In this document: one piece after another, positions 11,901 through 25,651 of the stretch
How positions within the stretch are numbered: the first letter of the stretch is position 1
Layout: every line of letters begins with the position of its first letter
Assembly: GCA_001179505.1 (NCBI GenBank)
Contig: CDMY01000204.1
Location: forward strand, 1 to 64,000
Direction: 5' to 3'
Source: Vitrella brassicaformis CCMP3155
Lineage: Eukaryota > Protista > Chromerida
DNA: 64,000 nucleotides
Position numbers and translations under genes: made by a program
Notes under the pieces: generated by a model
Databases searched by the model: none
Seen by the model: the letters and a program-made list of their open reading frames with translations, nothing else
Told to the model about the DNA's origin: nothing

Positions 11901-13600
11901 ACGGATGCTCAACTGCACCTGACAAACCCAGCCAGATGGGTGGGTGGATGGATGGATGGAAGATATCTGTCTTTGGCTGGGTGGCTAAGGGGGTATGGCT
12001 CACTTGCGTGTGGTGGGCGACCCGGTGGCTTGGCTCTCACAACGGGGGGGACATGCGCCACTGCCGCTGATGCTTATGCACACAGACAGACAGACAGAGA
12101 ACGAAGGAAGAAATACGTGAGTGAATGAGGGGATGGATGGAAAGGAAAGCGCAGTAAGGGCTGTCTGTGCTGGGGTATGGATGAGAAAGCTCAGAGAAAT
12201 CCGCTCCTGACTGATCTTCACGCGGTGCGTCAGGCAGGTTGGTACGTGTCATGCTATCACATGACGTCTCTCTCTCTCTCGCGCGCGCGCGTGTTGACGA
12301 ACGCGGGGCCTTTTTGTGCGTTTTCTGTGCGCCCCGCCCCCTCACCTCCATCTGCCCCGCCATGTTGCTGCTCGCCCTCTTTTTGCAGTTGGTGTTGTTG
12401 CCGTGCGGCCTTGGACGCGTGTGCCTTGGCCGCCTTGCCGGCAGCAGGCTCATCGGACGGCACTCGACCGACCTGCACACGCTCGATCAGTGCAGTGCAC
12501 GACATGCCCAAATGTGTGCCATCCATCCATCGCAATGGCGTGCTGATACGAGTCGTGTACGGTTTGTATGTATGTACCTCTGTGCGCGCCTTCTTGGGCG
12601 GCGGAGCCTTGAAGCCATACCCAGGGACGCCGGGACTCTTGGAGGGCCTGCGGTCGTCCACATCAACATCTGAACCAAACAACCACACAACCAGACAACC
12701 AGACAGACGACTGAGCGTCCTCTCCACGTGTTTGTGCGTCCCATTGATTCCCGTCCCCCGGCTGACCATGGTCTGGATCATCTCTGTCTTTGCCCCTTCC
12801 CCGCCCTCTGCCTGCGTCACCATCCCGCATCGCGGTCTCATGGTCATCATCCCCACCAACAACCCCACCAAAACCCCTCTTGCCACGGCTGGTGCTTGGC
12901 GGTCCGTTGGCCTGCTGCTGGGAGGTGGTGCTTACACCCGCTCCCCCACCACCACCACCGGCACCAGTGCCCTCATTGCTCCCCTGCCTCCTCTGCGCGC
13001 CGCCTTGCCGGCTGTATTTGCCCGTGCCGTTGGGGCCACCAGGCCCTCCGTCGTTGTTGTTTTGATTGTTTTGGTTGTTTTGGTTGTTGTTGTTGTTGTT
13101 TTGTGCGCGGTATGCGATGAAGGGGTCTGGAGTCTTGTCGGTGGCCTTGGTGCACTTGTGGCTCTTGAACAAAGTGAACGGGGCACTGCACGGCTGCTCG
13201 TTGCCGTCCTGCACGCAATCAATGCCACACAGACATTACAGACAGACAGAGAGAGGTGACATCCACTTTCCCCACGGCGTGCACCGGCCATCCCTCCCTG
13301 CCTGGCCTGTCTGTCCCTCGCTGGCTGGCTGCTGAGAGTCTCTCTGGCATCCATCCAGACACACAGAGAGAGAGAGTGTGTGTGAGGGGTCCACCGTACC
13401 TTGTCCACGTGTGCCTCCATCCAGACGTAGAGTAGGGACTTCTGGAGGAAGGTGATGAGGGCTCCGTGGGGTAGGCGCAGCCTGCTCTTGTCGATGTTGG
13501 CCTCGTGCATGAACGAGTGGGCCGTGTGGGTGTACCCCACCTCCAACAGGTACCCGTGGATGAGCACATTCACGTCCTCCGTCTTCAGCTCCACACACAT
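8933..13600 (-). CDS. TBL1/HOS15-like LisH + WD40 repeat protein
   Basis: N-terminus MCVELKTEDVNVLIHGYLLEVGYTHTAHSFMHEA...LPHGALITFLQKSLLYVWME matches the TBL1 LisH region. A long low-complexity linker (poly-N/Q, P-rich) is followed by WD40-like exons (AKVSPSGRYLIMTGENNVVWNVKDG; VSHDGRVAAVASG). A split into two genes cannot be excluded. Confidence 0.7.
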
Positions 13601-13947
13601 CCTCAACTCAACTCAGCTCAACAACGCTGGCTACTGCACGCAGTCCCACGCACCACAAGACGCATCGATGAGCAGCAGGACAACACCTATACCCTGCCTC
13701 ACTGTCTTCGCCCACTCACTCGGCAGTTCACGCTTATCATTCTCCACCGTGACGCAACTCGAGCGATTTCGAAGAAGTCAAGAGCTGGGGGCAGCCTTCC
13801 AATGGCATCACCGCCTCGCAACGTCGTTCATCGCCATCCCTCCTCTTGCGAGCTCAAGCTCGCGACGGGAAGGGGAGGCCTGAGCCCACTACGTGTCGCT
13901 TGGTTTTACCGTAGCGACCGGACAAGATACCATTCTTCGCGTTGCTG

Positions 13948-15211
13948 ATGGAAGGGCCCGTCGGATCTCGGTATCCAGTGCTCATGCCGCCGTGGCAGGT
14001 CATCCTCGCCCTCATTGCCATCCTCGTGTGGCTCTGCGCCCCCCTTGTCAAGCGCATCCTAAGCGGCGCACCAAAGAACAAGCCACACGCCAGGCCCGAC
14101 ATGTTGCGGCTGATGAGCAGACAGGCCGAGCAGCGGAAGGGAGCCCACCGTCAGCGTCAGAAATATATGGCGCCGATTGACGTGCCTGCAGCAATGAGGA
14201 GTGCCGACGACGACGACTTGGCAGATACTGGGAGGCTGAGGCAGGAGCTCGGCGGTATGGCGGAGGACATCCGGTCGGTGTTAGCGTCGTCCCCCTCGCC
14301 GCAGCGTGCGATGTCGGCGTTGACGACCCTGTGCGAGCTGCTGGACAAGGTGTTGCTGCACCCTGGGGTGGCAAGATACCGCCGCTTGTCCAAGGGCAAC
14401 AAGGCGCTTCAGGGACGCATCGGCGACGCCGGCGCGTGGGCCTTCCTGGAGAAATGCGGTGAGTGAGTGAGTGCATTGAGACGGGTGCCTGGATGGCGTC
14501 TGTCTGTTGTTTGTTGGGTGCATGGATGGATGGATGGATGGATGGATGGATGGCAGGTTTTGCAGCGGACACGGAGGGGAACTGCCTGGTCTACCCCGAC
14601 GCCCCGCCAACCACCCTCACACTCGCGTGAGTCATCAAAAGAATATCCACTATCCATGGACGCATCAGTGCGTCGATCGGTTGGCCTGTTGTTCATCGGT
14701 GGTTTCGTCTGCTGTCTTGGTGCGTGTAGCGGCCGTGCTCTGCTCGAGTCCATCGTTGTTCGTTTCCACAACAACACGGGAAGCCTCATCTTGTGGCTGC
14801 CATGAGCCGAATGGTCCAACAAAAGACGAACGTGTGGATTGGTGGGCGATTACTTGAATGTTCTTCAGGGCGGGGGCGGTGTCGACCAGAAGGGCTTCGA
14901 CAGCGTCATTCCCGACGCTTCCACCATCACACGGACACACATGATACTCATGCACAGAGGTATGCTCGGGCATACCCATCCATCCATCCATCCATCCATG
15001 AGTCACGCCGGGTATGCACAACGAGTCTGTCTGTGCTTGTCTTTGCGGTGGGTGGTTTGCAGCCCACAGCATCGATTTGTCTGCTTTGGACGGGGAGCGG
15101 GGGCGGGTCGTGCGTCGCCCTGACATGCGAGAGGCGAAACTAGAGACTGCGAGGGCATCACAGCTGGAAGCGCTTCTTTTTCAGAAGGTAGGGACGATGA
15201 CGACGTCATAG
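13948..15211 (+). CDS. N-terminally membrane-anchored PUB-domain protein (putative p97/CDC48 adaptor)
   Basis: Hydrophobic WQVILALIAILVWLCAPLV, then ALTTLCELLDKVLLHPGVARYRRLSKGNKALQGRIG...AFLEKCGF, typical of PUB domains. Confidence 0.7.
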
Positions 15212-15306
15212 GGCGTCTGTATCCGTATCCCGCCTCCGCCCTGTGCGTGTGGTTGCTTCTTGTGGTGCCGAAACAGATCAACAGCCGATGTCAGAGGTCC
15301 GTGGGA

Positions 15307-15802
15307 ATGAGCAGCCCCACCAGCAGCTCTGAGGGCTCTGTCCGACAGCCCGGAGGCGCGACCCTAAGGCAACTGCAGCACCACATCGGTGGGCGGGGAG
15401 GCCGAAAGCATGGAATGGCGCACTCATACATACATATATGTGTGGGTGGATCGAATGGCAGGTGTGAGTGAGGTTCTCCGTTTAGTGGTGCGTCTGAAAC
15501 ACCTCGCCATGTGTGAGACGGATGAGCCTGTGCACCACAGCATGTTCGCCGTGACAGAAGACGAAGTCAAGAGCGCCCTGCAGATCCTGCCCATCCCAGC
15601 GGGCTGGGACGCCCATTTCGCCTTCCTCAGCGGTAGTGTGCCACCGGCGTTTTTCGACGCCACGCTCGAGCGGATGGCCCAGAGGTGGGTGGATGAGTGC
15701 GGCCGGGCTGTGGTGTGTGAGGGCGCGTGCGTCATCGGTGTTGGAGCTCATTGTGACGCAGAAAGGTTGATGGCACTGGCACTCGTGGCCGCAATCGGCT
15801 AA
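15307..15802 (+). CDS. Small hypothetical protein
   Basis: Coding-like ORF (EVLRLVVRLKHLAMCETDEPVHH...LMALALVAAIG stop) with a plausible upstream exon; no family recognised. Confidence 0.3.
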
Positions 15803-17295
15803 GTAGCTAAGACAGGCTAGGACAGGAACTTCTGAGTGACTTGGTGGGGGAGACTGAGGCAGGCGTGCTTAGAGTGGATAGCGGGTTTTTGAGTTAGTTG
15901 TGTAGATATAGTTGGACCGTAAAGAACTACTCGGAAAGAGACAGCCCGGCGTCTGTATGTGTGTGTATTGTCGGATAAGCACAGAGTTGGATGTCGATCA
16001 CGAGCTGGCATCACCACAAGCCCGTCAAGTGCGTCAGACCACCATCAACAGATACAGAGAGACCTCTCTACATCACTCACAAGGAGAGGCAGAGAGGCAA
16101 TCGACCTGTCTGTGTGTGGTGTTGCTATACAGCACACCAGCCATGCAATGCATCGACACACGCAAGCAAACAGGTACTAATACATCCATGGAGATGAGAA
16201 TAAGCCAGACAGGAAGGCCATGGCGTACTTATAACAGAAGACGCTGCTAGGTCCGCACACGCCAGCCATTCATTCATTTGTTCATGCATTCCGTGTGTCG
16301 GTGTGTGTGTGTGCCTGCATGCAGGTATGTGGGATGAGGCGCTTCGGTTGTAGCCGAAGTGAAGAGAAACGAAGGAAGAGGAAAACGAGAACGAAAAAGA
16401 AACCTATAGCCGTCCTCGCCATTCGCTCGTTAGGGGAGAACCCCATCCTTTGTGCTTTGCAGTGCCCACTTCGTTATCCGGGAGTCAGTGCCAGGCACTG
16501 CAACGTGTTTCTGACTCACAGATCAGAAAGAGGTGTCCGGCACGTGCGTCTGTCTCTTCAGGTTGTGCGACGGCTTGGCGATGCGGAGGGAAAGACAGGG
16601 TATAGAACAGACGTGCATTCTCTTCGTGAGGAGCCTTCCTCGGCAGTTCTCAGCGGACGCTGCGAATGCGGGCGTCCCTCTATCGGGTGGGCGGGTGTGT
16701 CTCTATAGGTGGGCGGCTACAGTGACCATGTATGGGTGATGTGAGACACCCATGGCCGGCCACCTCGTGGCCAGCTAGGCCAGGACCACGGCCGTCTCCC
16801 ACTTGCCCACTCTTGAGCGAAGCAACCGAGAAGGGATTGTCTGCAGTGATTCACTGAATGGATGAATGACAATGACCCATCATTGATTGATTCATTGATT
16901 GACTGACATGTAAGCACACGCTCGTGTGACTCGAGAGAATGACAGAGTGATTCCTTTTTTTCATGCCTTACCTAGCGGCACGTCCCATTGCAGAATCACT
17001 ATCATTACACTGATGTGTGAGACCTCCCAAGAGGAGCAGAGCGATCACAGGAGCGGAGCGCACGCTGAAGTCTGTTTTCACCTGAGAAAACGAACAATTG
17101 ATAACAAATTCAATGGGGCTGCTGACCGCGGGCAGCTGGGAAGGATGCAGATGCACGATTTAAAGTTGCTTCATGCCGTGGAGACTGAGCCCCCAGGGAG
17201 CCCCCCAGGATGATCGCACCGCGATTGCTCCTGTTTCGAAGATGCTGACCGCGGAGTTCACCGCCGCTTAAGCGCAACACGACGTTGAACACGTC

Positions 17296-19389
17296 ATGAA
17301 AGTCAGCGATGAACCAGCAGATCTTCTCAGCTGCGGCGAGGCGCAATGCCGTGTCATTGACCGAGAGAGCACAGGCGCCACTGGGACCAACGACGTGACC
17401 TGCGGCCTGCCTACAGAAACCTACTCAGAAGAGGGGGTTGTCTATCATGAGGACGGAGAAGAAGACGGGAGAGCGCTGCGCAAAGAGGAGGTGGAGCTCG
17501 AAGAAAAGGTGAATGAATTCCGAGCATGCGCGGGACCTGCAGCCTCGTTTCAGGAGTTCCAAACTGACTTGCGATATGAGGGAGGCTCGTTTGTTGGTGC
17601 GGTCTTCACTCCTGAGCCGCTTTGGACGACTGCAAGAAGAGTTACAAAGGTAATCATTCGCACAATGTCGCAGTCCTTCCAGGCCTGTCACATTCCAGGT
17701 ACTCTTATTCCACCTAATTACAGCCGTCGGCTTTGCAGTCTGTTGGGCCCTGGTGTGGCTGGCGTACTGGTCGGCGTGCGAGAAGATGAGCGGGAGAGCA
17801 GCAGGGATAGTCTTTGATGTAACTCGCCGCATCATCGTTGCCCTATGCTATATGGCTATAATACTACTTGTGGCTGAGGGCAGCGCAATTGGGGCTATCC
17901 GCCGCTTGAGGACGACCTGGTATTTCTTCTTTCCTGGGTTTGCCCCATACGTGGCTTCTGGACTTTTCCACCACGTCGAGGCCCTGCGGAAACACCACAA
18001 ATATACGCCGCTCATGCATTACCCTACCACCCTGCTCGTACCCCTCATGCGTGGAGAGAATTGTGATAGTACGCACATATTCTCTGTCGTTGTGCCTGTC
18101 CTTTCAGGGTCTTTCGCCAAGTGGCTCTATCTATGAAGATAATCGTCAGGAAGCGGGCGTATATTCTCAAGACATGGGTCGTGTTTGTAGTGGTCACGTG
18201 TTGCTCGATCGCCCTACGCCTCTACTTCGTGCCACTTGCCCGGACTGCAACAACAGATCGCGAGAAGACAGGCGTCCTCTTCACTTTCCTGCTCGTGGTG
18301 TTGCCCTTTCTTGCGATCCGTAAGAAATGCGACTCGATCGATGGACACATTCGCACGTTTCTATGCGTATTCGGTCTGTGTTTCAGTCACAGGCATCGTT
18401 CGTTCTCTGAAGGACGGCCCTGCCCTGCAAACGTCTCCAGCAATCACGTTTGTAGCGTTCGGCTTCGCACTCTTCGCAAGGGTCGTCCAGGCCGAGATGG
18501 AATATATCTCCTCTCAGGTAGGTGGGCACATCGACGCTGTCCTCGCGTCAGATCTGTTCCTCGTCCTTCCTGGACATGTCTCTCCTTATCAGCTTCTGTG
18601 GAGCTTGATCTTTGCATCATTCGACTTCGTTACCGACCTAGCCATGCCGTATTTCGTTCTCATAGGTGGTGCCGCGAGAAGAATTCTGGTGCGATTCCTA
18701 TCCAGGCCGGCACGAGATCGGCACTTCGACACTGTCACTGCTGAAGATACTCAGGAAGCGCGTGATAAGCAAACGCCGGTTATGCTACTCAGCCGCCTTT
18801 CTACGACCATGATGAGTTTCAAGTCGGCCGGTCGCTATTCCATGAGGTCTTTAAAGACGTTTCTGGACGTCCCCACTCAGGCTGTTCAATTTGGTTATCA
18901 CCCGATATTCCTACGGCGTCTCAGCGACGTAAGGAAGTAAAGCGACAGACAGGAAAATCCATTCATTCTACACGTTTTTTGCCTCCACTGCTGCAGCAAA
19001 TGCATGCCTACAGCTTGATCGAGTTGACAGTGCTCATCTTCACCAATCTGTTCAACATCACTGTCGGCCAGATCCTCTTTCCATCCGTCCGTCGCCTGCT
19101 AGAGAGGCTAGTAGGTCTGGGAATCATGGTGCCAATCGAAGTCTTCTTCGAGGGTGCGCTCTACATCTGCCTCGTGCGCTCTGCCAACTTGCCCCTGATC
19201 AAGAGCATAACCGAGCCGGGCGTCATCAGGATGCACTTGCTGGCACTGGGCATCGGCGGCATTTTAGTCATCATTCGCAATTTTAGCCTTGTGCTGATGC
19301 TCTTGACCGCTGCTGATGAGAACAAGTATCAGTCAGTAAGCATACACGAGTTTTGTCCTTTTCATTCAAGTATGTTTGAGCTGCCATGA
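17296..19389 (+). CDS. Uncharacterised multi-pass membrane protein, paralog A
   Basis: Spliced ORFs with roughly 10-12 hydrophobic segments by eye; collinear similarity to the minus-strand gene at 53557-55941. Confidence 0.7.
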
Positions 19390-20834
19390 CATGTCATGTC
19401 TGCTTGGACGACGCGACATCCTCTTTTCTCAATGCACACCGACAATTGTCGTGTCGTCCATGCTCTTTGGGGGGATGGATGGATAGATGGATGGATGGCC
19501 AAGACAGGCAGATACGGACCAATTGTTGACCCTCAGGATGCAAGGAAGGTCCAACCCGAAGTTTGGACCTTCGTCTGCTTCCACGCCACACTGCGGCCAC
19601 AGACACACAGAGGAAGCGCATACCAGTCAGCCTGTGTGTGTGTGTCAGGTATGGCTCAGTGTCAAACATACGTACACACATTGATGCTAAAAAGAAGAAG
19701 GAATCATTTGTCCGCATACGTTTCAGAGGCGCACGGCCCAAGGAGTCACGCAAGAAGAGTGCCGTGCACAGAAATGCCGATTTCAAAATTGCCGACCCCA
19801 ACGTGCAGGAGGCGGTCGGAGGGTATAAACAGACGGCAGGCGCTTGGCTGGCCCGCCGTGACCACACACGCGCACTTCGTCAAACTGAGCGCTTCCGTTT
19901 GTGCATTGCGTCCAAACGCCTCGTGTCTCGCTGCAACGATACATTGGCGAGCAACGAGACACAATTAATGACGGACCCAGACCAAAGTCATAATGAGACA
20001 CAAAGCCACACAGTCACTGAGTGCATGCGAAGCGTCCTTGAGTGCCTCACACAACGTCATGTCATCAGTTGGCTTCCATGACAGGAGAAGCAAGGCCCTG
20101 TGACATGCCAACTCGCTCCAGCCTCGCTGCCGATTTAGTAATGACACATGCGATACTGTATATAGGCCTTTGTTCTGTCTGTTCGGTTGATAGAGTGTAT
20201 GGGTATGGGATCGGCCGGCGATCGCGAGTCCTTTACCAATCACAAAGACACGACGTCCTTCCATGTTGGCCTTCGCTGTCTAACATCTCTCTCTCTCTCT
20301 CTCTGTCTATACTTGTGCAGTGGTGGATGATGACGGTGGTGGATGGATGAGGCGCACAAAGGACATATGGGGACATAAGTCATTGCCTGCGATTCGTGTG
20401 CTTCATCGGTTTGAAACCTGGATGATCATGCATCGAAGCTCAGTCGCTACGAAATACATCCCTATTCTTGCCTGACTGTTCGGGCGGTACGAGATACGGA
20501 CTGGGATGCATGGCGTGCTCTCTTTTCGCTGCCTGCCTGCCTGCCTGGTATCGTGTGTAACAAATGCCAGATCGGTTGAGAGACAGAGTACATCGCATCG
20601 TAGGTGTGTTGGTTCTGTACGTTCGTGCGTATGTGTAGGTCGACATACGTAGTAGGTCTGTTTTGTCTAGTGATAGGGTTCTCGATGCGGAGGGAATGCA
20701 TCATTTGTTCACGATTATTCTGCCAAAGGCACGGGCGTCTCCACGTGTGTATGCATCAGAACGCACACGAAAAACCATCCGTCCTCTCCCCAGTCGGTCG
20801 TCCTTGAGCGAAGCAGACTGGGTGGCTCCTCTCC

Positions 20835-21826
20835 TTAGCTGAGCTGTCCGCAGTCCTTGATGACCACCTTCATAGTCGGCCGCCCACTCTTGCTGCCCGC
20901 CGCCTCGATGTTATCCACCACTGCCTGCATCACACGCACATGTGATGGAAGACACAGTGATGGTGTGTGGAGGTGTGTGTGAGTGTGTGGGAATGAATAC
21001 CTGTCCTTCCACGACCTCCCCAAAGACGGTGTGTCTGCCGTCGAGCCAGGGGCACTCGACCGTCGTAATGAAGAACTGAGAGCCATTTGTGTTGGGACCT
21101 GCACCCACACACAGACGTGCACACGCCATCCATCCATCCATCACCCAAGGCGTGCCTTGCCATATGAGCTACTATAGGTACCTGCGTTAGCCATGCTGAG
21201 CAGGCCTCTCTTGGTGTGTTTCTTGGTGAAACTACACATAACAATCACACACACACGTCCACAGCAGACCCGGTGCGCGCCGCGCCCCTTCCGCCCGGCT
21301 CGCACTTCTCATCTGGGAAGGTCCGGCCATAGATACTTTCCCCGCCCGTCCCGTTGCCGGCAGTGAAGTCGCCTCCTGCACGGCACACCATACACAAACA
21401 ACATAAGGATGGATGTGTGGACAAGTTGATGACGCCCCTGACCTTGGCACATGAACTGGGGTATGATTCTGTGGAAGGAGGAGCCCTTGTAGTGCAGCGG
21501 CTTGCCGGACTGACCCACTCCCTTCTCGCCCGTGCACAACGCGCGAAACTGGGGGCCACCACAGACAGACAGACAGACAGACAGACAGAGATGGATGGAC
21601 GGATGGATGGACAATACAGCCACGTGAATGCGTTGATGCGTACGTTTTCGGCGGTTTTGGGCACGGTGTCTGCGTAGAGTTCGAAGACGATCCTGCCCGC
21701 CTCGAAGTCATTGATGGAGATGTCAAAGAAAACCTTCGGGTTCTGACAGTCCGACGTCAGACAGACACGACAGTCACGTGAATGAATGGATCGGTAGATC
21801 TGTGCAGCGCATGATCTCACGGCCAT
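20835..21826 (-). CDS. CYP: Cyclophilin-type peptidyl-prolyl cis-trans isomerase
   Basis: MA|[10 protein letters not shown]...PKTAEN|[10 protein letters not shown]...[16 protein letters not shown]|[17 protein letters not shown]...GLLSMANAG|[12 protein letters not shown]...[15 protein letters not shown]; TAA at 20835-20837. Confidence 0.97.
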
Positions 21827-22133
21827 CTGCAGCGTCGTGCTCCCTCCCCGCACCCTCGAATGCTGCAACATCACACCCACACACCGACAGACGGACAGAT
21901 CAAACACACGGCGCAACCGACCGGATCTATCTACCACTCCTTCACTGTGCAAAATGAAGGGTGGTTCTATCTCTCTGCGCATACCCTCGCGCGCATCTTG
22001 GTGACGAGCAGTCCAGGAGTGGCAAAGGCATCGCATGATGAAGACAAGATCAGCGACACTGCGGCCAGCAGGGCTGTACCAGACTTCATTTGCAGACCAG
22101 ATCTGATTCGTGCCTTTTCCGTTGACGGAGGCA

Positions 22134-22161
22134 GAACCCTGAACCCTAGACCCTAACCCTC
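22134..22161 (+). promoter_or_regulatory. Telomere-like tract in the cyclophilin/ATP synthase delta divergent promoter
   Basis: gaaccctgaaccctagaccctaaccctc, 34 bp upstream of the ATG at 22195. Confidence 0.5.
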
Positions 22162-22194
22162 AGTCCACACAGCTCCTTCCCCAAAAAACTGGCC

Positions 22195-22817
22195 ATGTTT
22201 CGGTTGAGTCGTTTGTTGCGTTTTGCTGCTCCCGAGGGCGTCAAGAACAGGTTGCTGCTGACGCTGTCATCTCCGTCCGAGTCCATATATCTGCAGCAGC
22301 CCATCGACAGCGTGACGGTGCCAGGCATCGAGGGCGCCTTCACACTGACCAACAACCACAGCCAGACGGTGTCCATGCTGGGACCCGGAGTCGTCACCGT
22401 CAGGGTCAGCCCCAACGACAAGAAGGACTACTTCCTCTCGGACGGTTTCGTCTTCTTCTCAGCGTAACGCACACACACACGAACAGATCTGCAGAGATGG
22501 GCAGACATCTGTGTATGTATGCAGGCCGAGCGACGAGAGCGGGTGTTGTGCGGCCGAGGTGGTGGGAGTGGAGGTGGTGCCCACCGACGCGCTCGACAAG
22601 GACAAGGCGGCCCAAGTCATGGCAGACCTACTCGCAGCACCGAAGGACACCGACTGGGACAAGACAAAAGCACTACTCGGGTCAGACTGACAGACTAGAC
22701 AGACTGACGGACGGTCAGACTTCATCTGCAGTGCACTGACTGTCTGTCTGTCTGGGCGTCTGTCTTACGTGCAGGCAAACGCTATGTGCGAACATCATCA
22801 AGGCGGCGTCTGTGTAG
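22195..22817 (+). CDS. ATP5D: Mitochondrial F1 ATP synthase subunit delta
   Basis: Presequence MFRLSRLLRF, then LLLTLSSPSESIY...VTVPGIEGAFTLTNNHSQTVSMLGPGVVTV...YFLSDGFVFF; three exons, TAG at 22815-22817. Confidence 0.9.
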
Positions 22818-23312
22818 CTGGACGTTGCGCTACTTGTTCTACCTGGAGGGATGTTTGTTCATTTCGTTCACGCCAGAGAGGCGAGTCAGTCACCTAGACA
22901 GACAGACGACAAGCTTTATAGGCATGATGCTTGACCGATCGGGGTTTATTGACAAAAGGGAGTTAGCTCGAGTCCTTGACCAGCCTGACAGCCGTAGCCT
23001 TTCAGCCGACCAAGTGACGGGTCTCACATACATACGGTAGAGTCATGCGAAAAAAACTAGGACACCATCAATGACATGATTGATGGATAGGCCAGAGGCT
23101 TTGCCCCTTCTGCCGACATGTATAGCACGGCACGCTGTACAAATCCCTCACTGGCGAGGCCTGGCGCCCCCCCACAAACAAACTCACAGAGCCCACGCCC
23201 CTGGTATGTAGCGATGATCTCTCTCTGCTAGCTCTAGCTTCAACCGAAGTCAGTCAGGTGAACACATACATAGCTGTACTTACATCCAGCCAGGTAGCTC
23301 ACAACTTGCTAC

Positions 23313-25651
23313 TCACTCGTCGTGCATGCTCTCGTCGCCCGCCGCCTCCCCCGGTCCCTCAGGCTGTCTGCCTCCCTCTCCCTCGCCCCCATCATCGGGA
23401 AGCTCCGCTCCTCCCTCCATCTCCTCCTCATTCTCCTCACCTTCATCGCCCGCATCGCCCTCGTTGGAGATGTTGTGACGCTGCCGCTGGCTCAAAGCTT
23501 GCGCCACACCACTCAGCAACCGGCTCTGAAGGAAGGAATCCATCCACACACGAACAACCAATCAGTTGATCAGTCAATCGGTCGTCATTTGGTTGTTTTG
23601 CTCATGTCTTTCTCCTCCCCTCACTCACCAGAGAGGACCCACTGCGACTTGTTTGCGGCTGGTGCTGCTGGTGGGCCGCCATGCGGTCGAAGTAGGCCTG
23701 ACATGCCGCCAGACGAGAACCTGTGCTCTGGGTGTACAATACCTGCGGACAGATCCGTCCATCCATCCATCCATCCGTCACACGCACCAACAGAAATGCT
23801 CAGGCAGATACACGAGTGCACTTGACGGGTTGTGTCTGACCTCAAAGCTGTCGAATGCTGTGGGTGCTACGGGCCCGAGGGCGGATGATGCGATGCAGGA
23901 ACTCAGCCAGAACGACATTGACTCTAGCGCCTGAACGCTCGGATAGGAAGCCGACAGCCCCGGCTCGGAGCCGACGGACTAAACACACAACACAAATCCA
24001 ACACGACGCAACTCAGCCAGAAGCCATCCACCTCTCCTTGACTTTCCTCTCATCGTCTCCTCCCTCCCCGCTTTATCTACCTCTGTGAGTTCCTGACGTG
24101 TGGCGGCGTCGAGTCGATCGAGTCCCTCGACGACCTTCTCTTTTACGCGGCGCGCAGCTTCCACCAGCCCCGCCAGCTGGCCATCCTCCACAGGCGTGTC
24201 AACCACCTCTGACATTACCAGCAAGCCAAGCAGGGGGAGGGAGAAAGTGAAATACAAAACGACAACCTGCTTTCTCTCCGACCTTTCACAGTGCAATAGG
24301 ACAACCCCAATGTGCCGTCTTCGACCTGGTTGCAACAACACACTGGTATAATTTCTGAGATGACCAGTGAGTCAGTCAATCATAGCCTACCCAGTGCGAC
24401 TGCACACGCACACGACGTCGCAGACGCGCCCTGATGTGCCATCGGCCTGTGAAGAGAAAGCACGAGAGGGTGACACAAGTCACGAGAGTCTGTATACATG
24501 AGGGTGGGCGACTGACCATCGGGCAGCCTCAGCGAGTCGATGAGTTCGGCCACGAGGCCAATCTCCCCAATCAGGTCGCTGGTGTTGCTCGTGTGGCGAC
24601 GCAGAGGCAGGTACAAAAATCTCCTACCGACAAGAAAAGGACAGGACGGATGCAATGAGTGTTGGGTTCGCCTCACCCACCCTGACACCCACACATGCAG
24701 TTACCTATGTGCCTCGGTGATTCTCTCCATCATGAGCCTGTATCTTGGCTCGAAGAAATGAAGGGCTAGCAGACAACCTGTGTCCGTGACGTGGCCACAC
24801 AGGGAGTCAGTCATCCGGACCCACACGAGGCCCCATCTCAGAGGACTCACTAGGTACTGTATTTCTGTACCTGGTAAGTTGGCAGGGTCCTTCATGCGGT
24901 GAGCAAAAGTCACATGATAGAGAAGGAGATAGGCAATCATGCATGTACTCTTGAGATAGGGCAATCCTTTCTTTTTTTTGCGGTAATCTGGCTCCAGACA
25001 AACTCACGTACGTTGTAGAAGAAAACGGGGAGTGTCTGGTCGATCTCTTGAAGTTGTCGTGTCGCCTCTTCCAACCGCTCGGTGTACGCAGCCACGCCCA
25101 ACACGGCCCTGCAGGCGTCACAGACAGACACAATGGACGAACGACCTCTTTACAGAGAGCATACAGGTACCTTGCAAGATCAGCCAGCATCCGACATTCG
25201 CTGCTCTGTACAGGGTCGATAAGACACACCGCCCTGCCACCGTGCACCCACATCCAAAACATTGACTCCATTCACACGGCCCGTTGTTGCATGTCTTCCG
25301 GGACACTTTTCTACCGGCACGATGGACATTTCTTGCGTGAAACCTTCATCGAGGACACCAGACACGAGCGGCAGAACCTGTTGAAGCATGACCGAGATAG
25401 ATTGACCACCCATCTGCGTGGAACTCTGTGCACTCTTCTTACGTGTGGCCGCAGGGGACGCAGATGGGCTGGCACACCACCTGCAGGCACATGATGGATA
25501 CGCACATGAGGGAGAGAGGAAAACATCGATGTCGATGCGCTTGAGTGCTCGCCTGTAGACAGATGGAGCACTCCAGTATATTGGAAAGGGCTGCCACAGT
25601 GTTCGGCTCGCCTTGAGCCTCAGCCGACACGCTCGTCGCCGACGCACTCAT
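23313..25651 (-). CDS. RING finger + LON N-terminal domain protein (LONRF-like)
   Basis: LECSICLQ|VVCQPICVPCGH|RFCRSCL...KCPSCR is a C3HC4 RING. LHFFEPRYRLMMER is the LON/PUA-like motif. The tail is acidic. Confidence 0.85.

Noticed and set aside
13050-13105. Poly-Asn/Gln run in the LisH-WD40 linker
   Set aside because: Ordinary low-complexity linker.
19394-20800. ORFs 19396-19968 and 19563-20081
   Set aside because: Repeat-rich, with no coherent exon chain or family motif.
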